DNA of 64,000 bases. Origin: Alphaproteobacteria bacterium (GTDB taxonomy: Bacteria > Pseudomonadota > Alphaproteobacteria > SHVV01). The position numbers and the translations under genes are program-made. The notes under the pieces were generated by a model. The model was not told the origin of the DNA. It saw nothing but the letters and a program-made list of their open reading frames with translations, and ran no database searches. Location of the stretch: NCBI GenBank assembly GCA_965261735.1, contig OZ253470.1, forward strand, positions 4,800,001 through 4,864,000, in the 5' to 3' direction. Below are positions 1-13,661 of this stretch, in pieces. Position 1 is the stretch's first letter; every line of letters starts with the position of its first letter.

Positions 1-2
1 GC

Positions 3-602
3 GTCAACGGCATCCTCGTGCCGGGCGGCTTCGGCGAGCGCGGCGCCGAGGGTAAGATCGCCGCGGTCACGTACGCGCGCGAGCGCCAGGTTCCCTACTT
101 CGGCATTTGCTTTGGGATGCAGCTCGCCGTCCTCGAGGCCGCGCGCAATCTCGCGCGCATCGACGGCGCCGGATCGACCGAGTTCGGCCCCTGCGCAGTG
201 CCCGTGGTCGGATTGATGACTGAGTGGATGCGCGGCAACGAGCAGGTGCCGCGACCCGGAGACGGCGACCTCGGCGGGACCATGCGGCTCGGCGCCTACG
301 ACTGCGATCTTTTGCCGGGCAGCAAGGCGTGGAAGATCTACGACGAGGCCGGCAGCATCAGCGAGCGTCATCGCCACCGCTACGAGGTCAACATCAACAT
401 GAGGGAGCAGCTCGAGCAGGTCGGCCTGGTCTTCTCGGGCCTGTCGCCGGACGGCCTGTTGCCCGAGATCATGGAACTTTCCGACCACCCGTGGTTCGTC
501 GGCGTGCAGTTCCATCCGGAGCTCAAGTCGCTCCCCTTTGCGCCACACCCGCTGTTCGAATCGTTCGTACGCGCGGCGGTCGAACAGTCGCGGCTGGTAT
601 GA
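3..602 (+). CDS. pyrG: CTP synthase, C-terminal glutamine amidotransferase domain (5' end outside the window)
   Basis: [23 protein letters not shown] and QFHPE motifs; upstream of kdsA-eno as in Alphaproteobacteria. Confidence 0.97.
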   Translation, partial: VNGILVPGGFGERGAEGKIAAVTYARERQVPYFGICFGMQLAVLEAARNLARIDGAGSTEFGPCAVPVVGLMTEWMRGNEQVPRPGDGDLGGTMRLGAYDCDLLPGSKAWKIYDEAGSISERHRHRYEVNINMREQLEQVGLVFSGLSPDGLLPEIMELSDHPWFVGVQFHPELKSLPFAPHPLFESFVRAAVEQSRLV

Positions 603-618
603 TCACGGTCGTGCCGCC

Positions 619-2756
<2,138 letters not shown>

Positions 2757-2789
2757 AGTCTCGCCATCGACCGCGCGGTCAAATTCCTG

Positions 2790-2821
2790 TTGACGTTGCC
2801 GAATCGCATGTGATTCGATTC
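2790..2821 (+). promoter_or_regulatory. Putative ftsB promoter with TTGACG -35 element and three GANTC (CcrM) sites
   Basis: TTGACG 2790-2795; GAATC 2801-2805; GATTC 2812-2816 and 2817-2821. Confidence 0.4.
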
Positions 2822-2841
2822 CGTCGTGGGGACGGTAGCAC

Positions 2842-3276
2842 TTGAGACATAACGGCCGTTGGCGACACGCGGTGACGCCGGTGCTGTGCGTGGCGGCGGT
2901 CGTCTATTTCGGCTACCACGCGATTCAAGGTGACCGCGGGCTGTTGGCCTGGCTCCACCTGACCCAGCAGATCACCCGCGCCGAGGCTATCGTCAACACC
3001 GCCGCCGCCGAGCGCCATCGTCTCGAGCGCATGACGCGGCGACTACGGCCCGAAAGCCTCGATGCCGATCTCCTCGACGAGCGCGCCCGCCGCACCCTCG
3101 GGTTGGCCAAACCGGCCGAGGTGATCATTCCTTGCCTATCCGGTTTACACCCACACCCACTAGGGCTAGAATGGGCGCAACCCGGATATAGGGGAGCGCG
3201 CCATGGATGTTCTCGACCGCGCCGATCTCCCATTCCCGCATTCGCTACCCGAGTTCCAGCGACTTTTCCCCGATGA
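2842..3276 (+). CDS. ftsB: Septum formation initiator FtsB/DivIC; last codons replaced by IS read-through
   Basis: TM helix then YHAIQGDRGL and LDADLLDERARRTLG; lies between eno and pdhA; removing the IS restores ...EVIILLP*. Confidence 0.88.
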   Translation: MRHNGRWRHAVTPVLCVAAVVYFGYHAIQGDRGLLAWLHLTQQITRAEAIVNTAAAERHRLERMTRRLRPESLDADLLDERARRTLGLAKPAEVIIPCLSGLHPHPLGLEWAQPGYRGARHGCSRPRRSPIPAFATRVPATFPR

Positions 3277-4235
3277 TGCGGCCTGCGCCGCCTACCTGGA
3301 GAAAGCCCGCTGGGGAGACGGCTTTGCCTGCCCGCACTGCGGCACGGCGGGAGAGCCGTTCCACTTTGAAAACCGCCCTGGCGTCCTGCGCTGCCGCAAG
3401 TGCCGCCAGAACACCGGGCTGACGGTGGGAACAGTGATGGAGCGTAGCCACACTCCGCTGAACGTCTGGTTCTGGGCCGCTTATCTGGTCGCCAGTTAGA
3501 CGCCCGGCATGTCCGCCGTGCAGTTTCAGCGGCAACTTGGTCTTTCGCGCTACGAGACGGCCTTTCAAATTCTCCACAAGCTCCGCTCGGGCATGGTGCG
3601 GCCCAACCAAGACAGGATCGGTGGACAGCCCAAGAACCATGTTGAGGTGGACGAAACCTGGGTTGGCGGGCGAACGCGTAGGGAAGGCCGTGGTGTTCAC
3701 CACAAGGTTCCCGTCTCCTGTGCCATCGAGGTGCGTCATCGAAAGCCGGGCACCAAGCTCGACAACCGGAAAGACGGACGCTATGCCGGACGCGTTCGGC
3801 TCGCCGTCGTGCTCGACCGTAGCGCCGAGTCGCTCTGTGGGTTCGTCGAGAGCACCGTCGCGCCGGGATCGCTGATCGTTACTGACGATTGGAGCGGCTA
3901 CGCTGGCCTCGGTAAGCGCGGCTATGAGCACTTCGCTGTTGCCGAGTGTGGTGATCCAGAGGTTGCCGAGCAATACCTGCCGATCATCCATCTGGTTTTC
4001 GCCAACCTGAAGACGTGGCTGATCGGTATCCACCACGGCGTTAGCCACCAGCACCTACAAGCCTACCTCAACGAGTTCACCTTCCGCTTCAACAGGCGGT
4101 TCTACCCGTTCAACGCCTTCCGCTCATTGCTCGGCATCGCGGGCGACACCTCTGCTCCAACTTATGCCGAGCTTTACTCGGGAGAGTGGCGGCACCCTAC
4201 ATGTAGCGGTCATGGGCGTTAACCGGATAGGCAAG
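3131..4235 (+). mobile_element. IS1595 family (ISSod11-like group) element, copy 1, 1105 bp
   Basis: Terminal IR CTTGCCTATCCGGTT / AACCGGATAGGCAAG; 8-bp target duplication GATCATTC at 3123-3130 and 4236-4243. Confidence 0.95.
3203..4222 (+). pseudogene. IS1595 transposase with premature TAG at 3497-3499
   Basis: Zn ribbon [30 protein letters not shown]; copy 2 has CAG at this codon. Confidence 0.92.
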
Positions 4236-4447
4236 GATCATTCTTTTGCCGTGAGCGCCGTGCGCGGCACCACCGGAAATTAACGCGATATCAATTAAAC
4301 TGTTCTTTTGTGATAAGAATCAAGCTTCTAACGCAATAATCTGCAAAGCAATAGGGATCGCCTCAAGGGCTGCGTCGGCGTATCATCGGCGGCCGAAGAG
4401 GCGGTCGTACCGCCCGTCAAGGGAGCGGCGCCGGGGGAGAGGGGACC

Positions 4448-5473
4448 ATGGCGACAGCGAAACGAAAGCGCAAGCTGAACGCAGGCGAGCCGGAGCCTGC
4501 GGTGGCGGCCGAGGACGGCGCCTGGCTTCTCGGGGCCTACCGGATGATGCTGCTGATCCGCCGCTTCGAGGAGAAGGCGGGGCAGCTCTACGGCACCGGC
4601 GCGATCGGCGGGTTTTGCCATCTCTACATCGGCCAGGAAGCGGTCGTGGTCGGCATGCAGGCATCGATCACCGACGGCGATACGGTGATCACCGGCTACC
4701 GCGATCACGGCCATATGCTCGCCTGCGGTATGGCGCCGCGCGGCGTCATGGCGGAGTTGACGGGGCGCGCCACCGGCTACTCCAGGGGCAAGGGCGGGTC
4801 GATGCACATGTTCTCGCGCGAGAGGAATTTCTACGGCGGGCACGGCATTGTCGGCTCGATGGTGCCGCTCGGTACCGGTATCGCGCTCGCCCACCGCTAC
4901 CGCGGCGCGCGCCAGGTTTCGCTGACCTACTTTGGCGACGGCGCGACCAACCAGGGGCAGGTTTACGAGGCCTTCAACATGGCCGCCCTATGGAAGCTGC
5001 CGATCATCTACATCATCGAGAACAACAAGTACGCCATGGGCACCTCGCTCGAGCGCTCCGCGGCCCAAACCGACCTCTATCGGCGCGGCGAGAGCATGGG
5101 CATTGCCGGTAAGCGCATCGACGGCATGGACGTGCGCGCGGTCAAAGCGGCGGGCGAGCAAGCTCTGGCTCACTGCCGTTCAGGCAAGGGCCCGGCGCTC
5201 CTGGAGATGCAGACCTACCGCTACCGCGGCCACTCGATGTCCGATCCGGCGAAGTACCGTACCCGGGCCGAGGTCGACCAGATCCGCCACGAGAGGGATC
5301 CGATCGACCACGCCAAGGCACTGCTCCTCGATTCCGACCTCTCCAGCGAGGCCGACCTCAAGGCCATCGACAAAGAGATCAAGGACGTCATCGCCGAGGC
5401 CGCCGATTTCGCCCAAACGAGCCCCGAACCGGATCCTTCCGAGCTCTACACCGACATCTATGCCGCAGCTTGA
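4448..5473 (+). CDS. pdhA: Pyruvate dehydrogenase E1 alpha
   Basis: GFCHLYIGQEA, GKGGSMH, TPP motif GDGA..N, YRYRGHSMSDP. Confidence 0.97.
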   Translation: MATAKRKRKLNAGEPEPAVAAEDGAWLLGAYRMMLLIRRFEEKAGQLYGTGAIGGFCHLYIGQEAVVVGMQASITDGDTVITGYRDHGHMLACGMAPRGVMAELTGRATGYSRGKGGSMHMFSRERNFYGGHGIVGSMVPLGTGIALAHRYRGARQVSLTYFGDGATNQGQVYEAFNMAALWKLPIIYIIENNKYAMGTSLERSAAQTDLYRRGESMGIAGKRIDGMDVRAVKAAGEQALAHCRSGKGPALLEMQTYRYRGHSMSDPAKYRTRAEVDQIRHERDPIDHAKALLLDSDLSSEADLKAIDKEIKDVIAEAADFAQTSPEPDPSELYTDIYAAA

Positions 5474-5502
5474 TCCCGCGCCCGCGTAGCATGGAGTGAG
5501 GC

Positions 5503-6885
5503 ATGGCTATTTCAATCCTGATGCCCGCGCTGTCCCCGACCATGACGGAGGGGACCCTCGCGAGGTGGCTCAAGGGGGAGGGCGACCCGGTCGCCGCCGG
5601 CGATGTCATCGCCGAGATCGAAACCGACAAGGCGACGATGGAGATCGAGGCCGCCGACGAGGGGGTCTTGGGGCGTATCGTCGTTGCCGAGGGCACAGAG
5701 TCGGTGCCGGTCAACACCGTGATCGCGCTGCTGGTGGAGGAGGGCGAGGACGCCTCGTCCATCGAGGCACCGGCCACGCCGGCGGCCGCCGCGAGCGCGC
5801 CGCCGCCCGAGCCGCAAGCCGAGGCGCCACCAGCGGTTGCCGCTCCGCCGCCGCCCGCGCCCGCCGCCGTCACCGACAGCGCCATACCGGTGGGCACGGA
5901 GATGGCGACAATGACCGTACGCGAGGCGTTGCGCGACGCCATGGCCGAGGAAATGCGTCGCGATCCGGACGTGCTGCTGATCGGCGAGGAGGTTGCCGAA
6001 TACCAGGGCGCCTACAAGGTGAGCCAAGGGTTACTCGAGGAGTTCGGCGATCGGCGGGTCGTTGACACGCCGATCAGCGAGCAGGGCTTTGCCGGCATCG
6101 GTGTCGGCGCCGCTTTTGTTGGCCTCAAGCCCGTGGTCGAGTTCATGACCTTCAATTTCGCCATGCAGGCGGTCGACCAGATCGTCAATTCGGCGGCCAA
6201 GACGCGCTACATGTCGGGCGGGCAGCTCGATTGCCCGATAGTGTTTCGTGGCCCCAACGGTGCGGCCTCGCGAGTCGGCGCCCAGCATTCCCAGGCCTAC
6301 GGGAGCTGGTATGCCCAAGTTCCCGGACTCAAAGTCGTCGCACCCTATTCCGCGGCCGACGCTAAGGGGCTGCTGAAGTCCGCGATCCGAGATCCCAATC
6401 CGGTCATTTTCCTCGAAAACGAGATTCTCTACGGCCAATCCTTCGAGGTGCCGGTGCTCGACGACTACACGGTACCGCTCGGCAAGGCCCACGTCGTCCG
6501 GCCTGGTTCCGACGCGACCCTCGTTACCTTCTCGATCAGCGTCGGCGTAGCACTCGCGGCGGCGCAGCAGCTCGCGGGCGAGAACATCGACGTCGAGGTC
6601 ATCGACCTTAGGACATTGCGCCCGCTCGACATCGAAACGGTACTCGTCTCGCTGCGGAAGACGAACCGCGTGGTGGTGCTCGAGGAGGGCTGGCCCATTT
6701 GCAGCATCAGCTCCGAGGTCTCGGCCCAGCTCATGGAGCAAGGCTTCGACGATCTCGATGCGCCGGTGCAGCGGATCACCAGCAAGGACGTGCCGATGCC
6801 CTATGCCGCCAACCTCGAGTTGCTGGCGTTGCCGAGCCTGGAAGACGTGATCGCGGCGGTGCGCGCGGTCTGTTATCGGAACTAG
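5503..6885 (+). CDS. pdhB: Pyruvate dehydrogenase E1 beta with N-terminal lipoyl domain
   Basis: Lipoyl IETDKA; [26 protein letters not shown]. Confidence 0.97.
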   Translation: MAISILMPALSPTMTEGTLARWLKGEGDPVAAGDVIAEIETDKATMEIEAADEGVLGRIVVAEGTESVPVNTVIALLVEEGEDASSIEAPATPAAAASAPPPEPQAEAPPAVAAPPPPAPAAVTDSAIPVGTEMATMTVREALRDAMAEEMRRDPDVLLIGEEVAEYQGAYKVSQGLLEEFGDRRVVDTPISEQGFAGIGVGAAFVGLKPVVEFMTFNFAMQAVDQIVNSAAKTRYMSGGQLDCPIVFRGPNGAASRVGAQHSQAYGSWYAQVPGLKVVAPYSAADAKGLLKSAIRDPNPVIFLENEILYGQSFEVPVLDDYTVPLGKAHVVRPGSDATLVTFSISVGVALAAAQQLAGENIDVEVIDLRTLRPLDIETVLVSLRKTNRVVVLEEGWPICSISSEVSAQLMEQGFDDLDAPVQRITSKDVPMPYAANLELLALPSLEDVIAAVRAVCYRN

Positions 6886-6912
6886 CCGTTTCCGGCGCCA
6901 AGGGGAGACGCC

Positions 6913-8214
6913 ATGCCGATACCGATCACCATGCCGGCGCTGTCGCCGACCATGACCGAGGGCAATCTCGCCAAGTGGGTGAAGGCCGAGGGCGACACGG
7001 TCTCGGCAGGCGACGTGATCGCCGAAATCGAGACCGACAAGGCCACAATGGAGGTCGAGGCCGTGGACGAGGGCAAGCTCGCCAAGATCCTCGTCCCCGA
7101 GGGCAGTGAAAGCGTTGCCGTGAATACCGTCATTGGGCTGCTGCTCGAGGAAGACGAGGACGAATCGTCGCTCGGCGACTATCAGGCAGCGGCGCCCGCG
7201 GCGGCTGCGGCGGCGGCACCTGCCCCGCAACCGAGTGAGCCCGCACCGACCGCGCAAGCCGTGCCACCGTCGGCGGCGCCGGCGGTGCCGGCGGCCGCAG
7301 CGGCACCGCCACCACCGGCGCCGCAGCCGTCCGCGGCCGGCGAACGGATCAAGGCGAGCCCGTTAGCCCGGCGCATGGCGCAGCAGGCCGGCCTCGACAT
7401 TGCCCCGCTGACGGGCACCGGCCCGCACGGCCGTATCGTCAAAGCCGACATCGACGCGGCGCTGGGCAAGGCCGCGCTCGCCCCTCCCGCCGCGCCGGCC
7501 CCGGCGCCCGCGGCTGCGGTTGCCGAGGCGGCGACCGAGGTTCCGCACAATGCGATGCGCAAGGTCATCGCACGCCGGCTCGTCGAAGCCAAGCAGACGA
7601 TCCCGCACATCTATCTCACGATCGATTGCGAGATCGACGAGCTGCTCAAGCTGCGCAAGACCCTCAACGACCGGGCCGCCGACGGCGCCTACAAGCTCTC
7701 GGTCAACGATTTCATCGTCCGCGCGGCCGCGCTGGCGCTGCGCAAGGTGCCGCGGGTCAATGCCTCGTGGACCGACACCGCGATCCTCCTTCATGACAGC
7801 GCGGACGTCGCGATCGCCGTCGCCCTCGAGGACGGGCTCATCACCCCGATCATCCGCAATGCCGACGGCAAGGGCCTGGCCGCGATCTCGAACGAGACCA
7901 AGGAGCTGGCGGGCCGCGCGCGATCCGGCAAGCTCATGCCCGACGAATATCAGGGCGGCACGTTCTCGGTGTCCAATCTCGGCATGTTTGGGACGAAGTC
8001 CTTCAGCGCCGTGATCAACCCGCCGCACGCCGCGATCCTGGCGGTCGGCGTAGGCGCCCAACAGGCGGTGGTGAAGGACGGCGCGCTCGCCGTGGCGACG
8101 GTCATGAGCTGCACCATCAGCGCCGACCATCGGGTCATCGACGGCGCCGTGGCGGCCGAGTTCCTGGCCGTCTTCAAGAGCCTGATCGACGACCCCTTGA
8201 GCATGTTGCTGTAA
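6913..8214 (+). CDS. pdhC: Pyruvate dehydrogenase E2 dihydrolipoamide acetyltransferase
   Basis: Lipoyl IETDKA, E3-binding [15 protein letters not shown], catalytic DHRVIDG. Confidence 0.96.
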   Translation: MPIPITMPALSPTMTEGNLAKWVKAEGDTVSAGDVIAEIETDKATMEVEAVDEGKLAKILVPEGSESVAVNTVIGLLLEEDEDESSLGDYQAAAPAAAAAAAPAPQPSEPAPTAQAVPPSAAPAVPAAAAAPPPPAPQPSAAGERIKASPLARRMAQQAGLDIAPLTGTGPHGRIVKADIDAALGKAALAPPAAPAPAPAAAVAEAATEVPHNAMRKVIARRLVEAKQTIPHIYLTIDCEIDELLKLRKTLNDRAADGAYKLSVNDFIVRAAALALRKVPRVNASWTDTAILLHDSADVAIAVALEDGLITPIIRNADGKGLAAISNETKELAGRARSGKLMPDEYQGGTFSVSNLGMFGTKSFSAVINPPHAAILAVGVGAQQAVVKDGALAVATVMSCTISADHRVIDGAVAAEFLAVFKSLIDDPLSMLL

Positions 8215-9620
<1,406 letters not shown>

Positions 9621-9623
9621 CTC

Positions 9624-10541
9624 ATGACGGACGCCGCCACGCTTCGCCCGCCGGCGGGCCTGCGCAAGCCCGACTGGATCCGCGTCCGGGCGCCGACCTC
9701 GGCCGGTTATCGCGCGACGCAAGCGCTGATGCGCGACCTCAGCCTCAACACCGTGTGCGAGGAGGCGGCCTGTCCCAACATCGGCGAATGCTGGTCCCAG
9801 GGCCACGCCACGGTGATGATCCTGGGCAGCGTGTGCACACGCGCCTGCGCCTTTTGCAACGTGGCCACCGGGCGGCCCGATCGGGTCGACCCACACGAGC
9901 CCGCGCACCTCGCCCTCGCCATCGCCTCGCTCGGGCTCTCCCACGTGGTCGTCACATCCGTCGATCGCGACGATTTGGACGACGGCGGCGCCGGCCAATT
10001 CGCGGCCTGTATTGCGCGCCTGCGCGAGACCTCGCCCGAGACCACGATCGAGGTCCTGACGCCGGACTTCCTGCGCAAGGACGGCGCGATCGAGACGGTC
10101 GTCGCGGCGCGGCCCGACGTCTACAACCACAATCTCGAGACCGTGCCCCGGCTTTATGCCGAGATTCGCCCCGGCGCCCGCTACTACCATTCGCTGCGGC
10201 TGCTCGACCGGGTCAAGCAGCTCGATCCCACGCAATTCACGAAATCTGGGCTCATGGTCGGGCTCGGCGAGGAGCGGCGCGAGGTGCTGCAGGTGATGGA
10301 TGATCTGCGCTCGGCCGACGTCGATTTCCTCACCATAGGCCAGTACCTGCAGCCGACGCCAAAGCACGCGCCGGTCGACCGGTTCGTCACACCCGAGGAG
10401 TTCGACGGCTACGCCAAGGCGGCCCGCGCCAAGGGCTTCCTGCTCGTCTCGGCATCGCCGCTCACGCGCTCTTCGTATCACGCGGGCGATGACTTCGAGA
10501 GGCTGCGCGAGGCGCGCGTGGCGCACGTCGCGGCGAGCTAG
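9624..10541 (+). CDS. lipA: Lipoyl synthase
   Basis: [12 protein letters not shown], radical [17 protein letters not shown]. Confidence 0.97.
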   Translation: MTDAATLRPPAGLRKPDWIRVRAPTSAGYRATQALMRDLSLNTVCEEAACPNIGECWSQGHATVMILGSVCTRACAFCNVATGRPDRVDPHEPAHLALAIASLGLSHVVVTSVDRDDLDDGGAGQFAACIARLRETSPETTIEVLTPDFLRKDGAIETVVAARPDVYNHNLETVPRLYAEIRPGARYYHSLRLLDRVKQLDPTQFTKSGLMVGLGEERREVLQVMDDLRSADVDFLTIGQYLQPTPKHAPVDRFVTPEEFDGYAKAARAKGFLLVSASPLTRSSYHAGDDFERLREARVAHVAAS

Positions 10542-10549
10542 CGCCACCC

Positions 10550-11032
10550 ATGCCGACGCACGCCGAGCAGCGCAGGCTGCCGTATACGCCGGAGGAGCTG
10601 TTCGACCTCGTCGCCGACATCGAGCGCTACCCCGAGTTCCTGCCCTGGTGCGTGGGCGCCCGCATCAAGGAGCGAGACGGCGATGTCATCATCGCCGACC
10701 TGGTCATCGGCATCAGGATGCTGCGCGAGCGCTTCACCTCGAGGGTGACGCTCGATCGTGCGCGTCGCATCGACGTCGAATATGCCGACGGCCCGTTCCA
10801 CCATCTCGACAATCACTGGGTGTTCCTGCCGGCCGAGGACGGCGGCTGCATCATCGACTTCTACGTCGATTTCGCTTTTCGCTCGCGCCTGTTTCAAGTG
10901 CTGATCACGACGCTCTTTCACGAGGCGATACGGCGCATGGTGAGGGCGTTCGAGTTGCGCGCCCGAGCCCTCTACGGCGAGCGCAATCCGCTCGCCGGCA
11001 CGCCGCCCGGCGCGGCCGCGGACCGGGCCTAG
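10550..11032 (+). CDS. ratA: RatA/Coq10 START-domain protein
   Basis: LFDLVADIERYPEFLPWC, GPFHHLDNHW, AFELRA; conserved position after lipA. Confidence 0.85.
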   Translation: MPTHAEQRRLPYTPEELFDLVADIERYPEFLPWCVGARIKERDGDVIIADLVIGIRMLRERFTSRVTLDRARRIDVEYADGPFHHLDNHWVFLPAEDGGCIIDFYVDFAFRSRLFQVLITTLFHEAIRRMVRAFELRARALYGERNPLAGTPPGAAADRA

Positions 11033-11057
11033 GGCTATAAGTTACAGGAATAAATAA

Positions 11058-11309
11058 ATGCGGTTGGGTTTGAAAAACGTCCGCTGCTTTCACAGCGTTA
11101 GACCTCGTTTACATCGCGCCTCTTACAACCTTAGTCGGCGAAAATAGCACGGGAAAGTCTTCATTTCTCGCGCTTCAAAGAATCGCTCTGGAATTAATTA
11201 CGGGAGACTGGGGTCCCAACTTCAACAAAGAACCCTTCTTTCTCGGCGCGTACGATCAAATAGCACATTTTCGCGCGGGTCGTTTTGGCCGCGCTAGTTC
11301 ATTTGAAAT
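11058..11309 (+). pseudogene. N-terminal remnant of an ABC/AAA_15-21-type ATPase, frameshifted near 11100 and truncated by IS
   Basis: MRLGLKNVRCF then, one base shifted, IAPLTTLVGENSTGKS (Walker A); AT-rich. Confidence 0.7.
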
Positions 11310-11370
11310 CGCGATTATCAACTTGACACGTCACGTCTCAATCCCCATATGCAGGGGACAGGAGGAAATA

Positions 11371-12225
11371 ATGACGACTTTCTACGATTTTCAGCAGCAG
11401 TTTCCCGATGACGAGGCGTGCCTTCACCACATAATGGTGAAGCGTTACGGCGGCACCGAGATTGACTGCCCGAAGTGCGGGGCGCATGGGAAGTTCTACC
11501 GCCTGGCACGTGATCGCGCGTATCTCTGCCAGCACTGCAAACACCACATTTATCCGTGCGCAGGCACATTCATGCACCGCACGCATCTGCCGCTTCACAA
11601 GTGGTTCTACGCCATATTCCTGTTCACCACATCGCGCCACGGCGTCCCCGCGAAGGAACTGGAGCGCCAACTTGACGTGTCCTATCCCACGGCTTGGCGC
11701 ATGGGTCATTTGATCCGCAAACACATGGCTAATACTGACGGAGAGTGGCCGCTGGACGGCGATATTGAAGCCGACGAGACCTATGTTGGTGGCCGTACGA
11801 CCGGTGGCAAGCGCGGTCGCGGCGCTCCGAACAAGACCGTGGTGTTCGGGATGCTGGAGCGCGACGGCGACGTGATGGCGAACGTTGTCCCGAACGTTCG
11901 AAAGCGGACTTTGCAGGCGTTTATCTCCGAGAACGTCGAGCCGGGTAGCACCGTTCATACTGACGAACTCAAGTCTTACAGCGGATTGGCGACGATTGGG
12001 TATACGCACCAGACCGTCAACCACAGCGCGGGCCAGTACGCGCGCGGCTCTAGCCATGTGAACTCGATTGAGGGCTTTTGGGCGCGGTTGAAGCTGTCGA
12101 TTCGCGGGACGCACGTTCATGTGTCCGGGAAGCACCTTCAGAAGTATGTGAAGGAGTTTGAGTATCGCTATAACCGCCGGAAGCGGCCTGGAACGATGTT
12201 TGGCGATCTGGTGGCCCGCTTCTAA
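11371..12225 (+). CDS. IS1595 transposase
   Basis: CPKC..CQHC, IEADETYVGG, VHTDE, HVNSIEGFW, KEFEYRYNRR; GGAGG RBS. Confidence 0.93.
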   Translation: MTTFYDFQQQFPDDEACLHHIMVKRYGGTEIDCPKCGAHGKFYRLARDRAYLCQHCKHHIYPCAGTFMHRTHLPLHKWFYAIFLFTTSRHGVPAKELERQLDVSYPTAWRMGHLIRKHMANTDGEWPLDGDIEADETYVGGRTTGGKRGRGAPNKTVVFGMLERDGDVMANVVPNVRKRTLQAFISENVEPGSTVHTDELKSYSGLATIGYTHQTVNHSAGQYARGSSHVNSIEGFWARLKLSIRGTHVHVSGKHLQKYVKEFEYRYNRRKRPGTMFGDLVARF

Positions 12226-12295
12226 GCATCCGGTCCAAGAGCGCATCGAAGCGTTGCCATGCGATCTCGGGCGGATAGGCATTGTCTTTATTCAC
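12050..12295 (-). CDS. Small IS passenger ORF overlapping the transposase 3' end
   Basis: GTG start overlaps the end of the upstream passenger (GTGAATAA); RFDALLDRML segment. Confidence 0.35.
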   Translation of the reverse strand: MNKDNAYPPEIAWQRFDALLDRMLRSGPPDRQTSFQAASGGYSDTQTPSHTSEGASRTHERASRESTASTAPKSPQSSSHG

Positions 12296-12803
12296 CGCCC
12301 GCCTCCGATTGCATCTTTCCCCATAGGCGCCGAGCGCCGCGTATGTTCCGAACTCTCGCTTCAGCACCAAGGCGGACGAGAAATCTGTGCCAGCCCGCAG
12401 TGATCCCCTTCCCTGTCACAGGTGGATGGGGAATACGTAATCCGTCTAAAGCTCTCGCTAGTTTGCGAACGTTTTCCTCATCACGCCCTTCTATTTCTAC
12501 CTGCCCAATTCGGCCGGGGTTCACATACCATTCAAGACTGACCCGCACGCTGGTGAATTCATCGGTCATACCTCCCAAGCGATTGGATGGGCGGAAAGGC
12601 TGGTGCAGATGCCAGCTCATATGAATGAACGCCACACTGAACATGGCAGTGAAGGCGGCATATTCCGGTGTGCTCAACTCCTTCAAGCCTCCGCCCCAAA
12701 TCCATGAGACGACGCTCCATACGAGACCTCCGAAGAACAACAACCAGCCCAGAAGCCGCACCACGTACAGGGCCTTGCCCAGGAGAATCTTGCTCTGGTC
12801 CAT
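12288..12803 (-). CDS. IS passenger, two-TM membrane protein of unknown function
   Basis: 171 aa inside the IRs; two N-terminal hydrophobic segments; lower GC. Confidence 0.6.
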   Translation of the reverse strand: MDQSKILLGKALYVVRLLGWLLFFGGLVWSVVSWIWGGGLKELSTPEYAAFTAMFSVAFIHMSWHLHQPFRPSNRLGGMTDEFTSVRVSLEWYVNPGRIGQVEIEGRDEENVRKLARALDGLRIPHPPVTGKGITAGWHRFLVRLGAEARVRNIRGARRLWGKMQSEAGGE

Positions 12804-12850
12804 GCCCGAAGCGTACTCGCCCGCCGTGACGTGTCAAGTTAATAATCGCG

Positions 12851-13261
12851 TTTTCTTTTCTGCTACCACAGGACCGCGACCTTCTATTGGAAATAGGGGT
12901 GACGGTTCGATATGCGAAGAAGGATCTCATCGTTGAAGAAGGCGATTCGAGGCAGGCGATATTCCTGATCAACGAGGGGCGAGTTCGGATCGAGCGCAAT
13001 CAAATGGGCAACCAGATTCGCGTCGCGACGCTCGGCCCCAACGAAGTCTTCGGCGAAATGGCCTTCGTTCAGCGCAAGCTGGCGTCGGCCACGGTCATTG
13101 CCGACACCGCCGTCAAGGCCGTCGTGATCGAGGCGCCCGACGTGTACGCCGTGCTGTCCTCGGTCCCCGGCTTCGCGACGCGCTTTTACCTGTGCCTAGC
13201 CAGAACCCTCGCGGAGCGGTTGGACGAGACCACCGCCGCGCTGATCCATAGCGGGCGCTAG
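12851..13261 (+). CDS. Cyclic nucleotide-binding (cNMP) domain protein, 5' end cut by IS
   Basis: FSFLLPQDRDLLL..IVEEGD..IFLINEGRVRI..GPNEVFGEMAF..ASATV; frame is open from the IS end, TTG at 12887. Confidence 0.8.
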   Translation, partial: FSFLLPQDRDLLLEIGVTVRYAKKDLIVEEGDSRQAIFLINEGRVRIERNQMGNQIRVATLGPNEVFGEMAFVQRKLASATVIADTAVKAVVIEAPDVYAVLSSVPGFATRFYLCLARTLAERLDETTAALIHSGR

Positions 13262-13312
13262 CGGCGCTCGCCGGTCCGGCTGCGGCTTCTCGAAGGCCCA
13301 ACCAAGAAGCGA

Positions 13313-13617
13313 TCAGGCCTCGGCGCCCAATACCCGGACCGGCGCCGGTGGTAGCAGCCGCACCGCGCCCGCGAGCATGGCGACCACGAAAACGAGGCTC
13401 TGCGGCAGGAGATAGGCCAGCGATGAAATCGCAGGTCCCGGGCAGAAGCCGACCATCCCCCAACCGACGCCGAACACGGCGGACCCGCCGATCAGCCGGA
13501 GATCGAGCGTGCGCGCACCCGCGAGGTCGAACCGCCCTTCCAGAACCGGAGGAGCGTTGCCGCGGCCCCGATGAGCGCGCCGCCGGCGAGCGCCGAATAG
13601 GGGGTGAATGATTCCAT
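13313..13617 (-). pseudogene. Deletion fusion of a YeeE/YedE sulfur-transporter N-terminus to the C-terminus of its partner gene
   Basis: MESFTPYSALAGGALIGAAATLL (ATG 13617, RBS) joined out of frame near 13550 to LDLRLIGGSAVFGVGWGMVGFCPGPAI. Confidence 0.75.
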
Positions 13618-13661
13618 GTCCACGTGCTCCCTTCAGGTTGAGCCGCTCGGAGCCGCGCGAG

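Larger units (their letters stand above)
11310..12850 (+). mobile_element. IS1595 family (ISNwi1-like) element with passenger genes, 1541 bp
   Basis: 25-bp IR CGCGATTATCAACTTGACACGTCAC / GTGACGTGTCAAGTTAATAATCGCG (1 mismatch); no target duplication. Confidence 0.9.

Noticed and set aside
3245-4054. 269-aa antisense ORF present in both IS1595 copies
   Set aside because: Conserved only because the IS copies are near-identical; no independent sign of coding
4275-4300. CtrA box upstream of pdhA
   Set aside because: The TTAA half-sites are 11 nt apart, not 7
5760-7530. Ala/Pro-rich repetitive stretches
   Set aside because: Normal flexible linkers of PdhB and PdhC
10550-11032. RatA as a toxin-antitoxin module
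   Set aside because: No ratB partner; the position after lipA fits the housekeeping Coq10-like role
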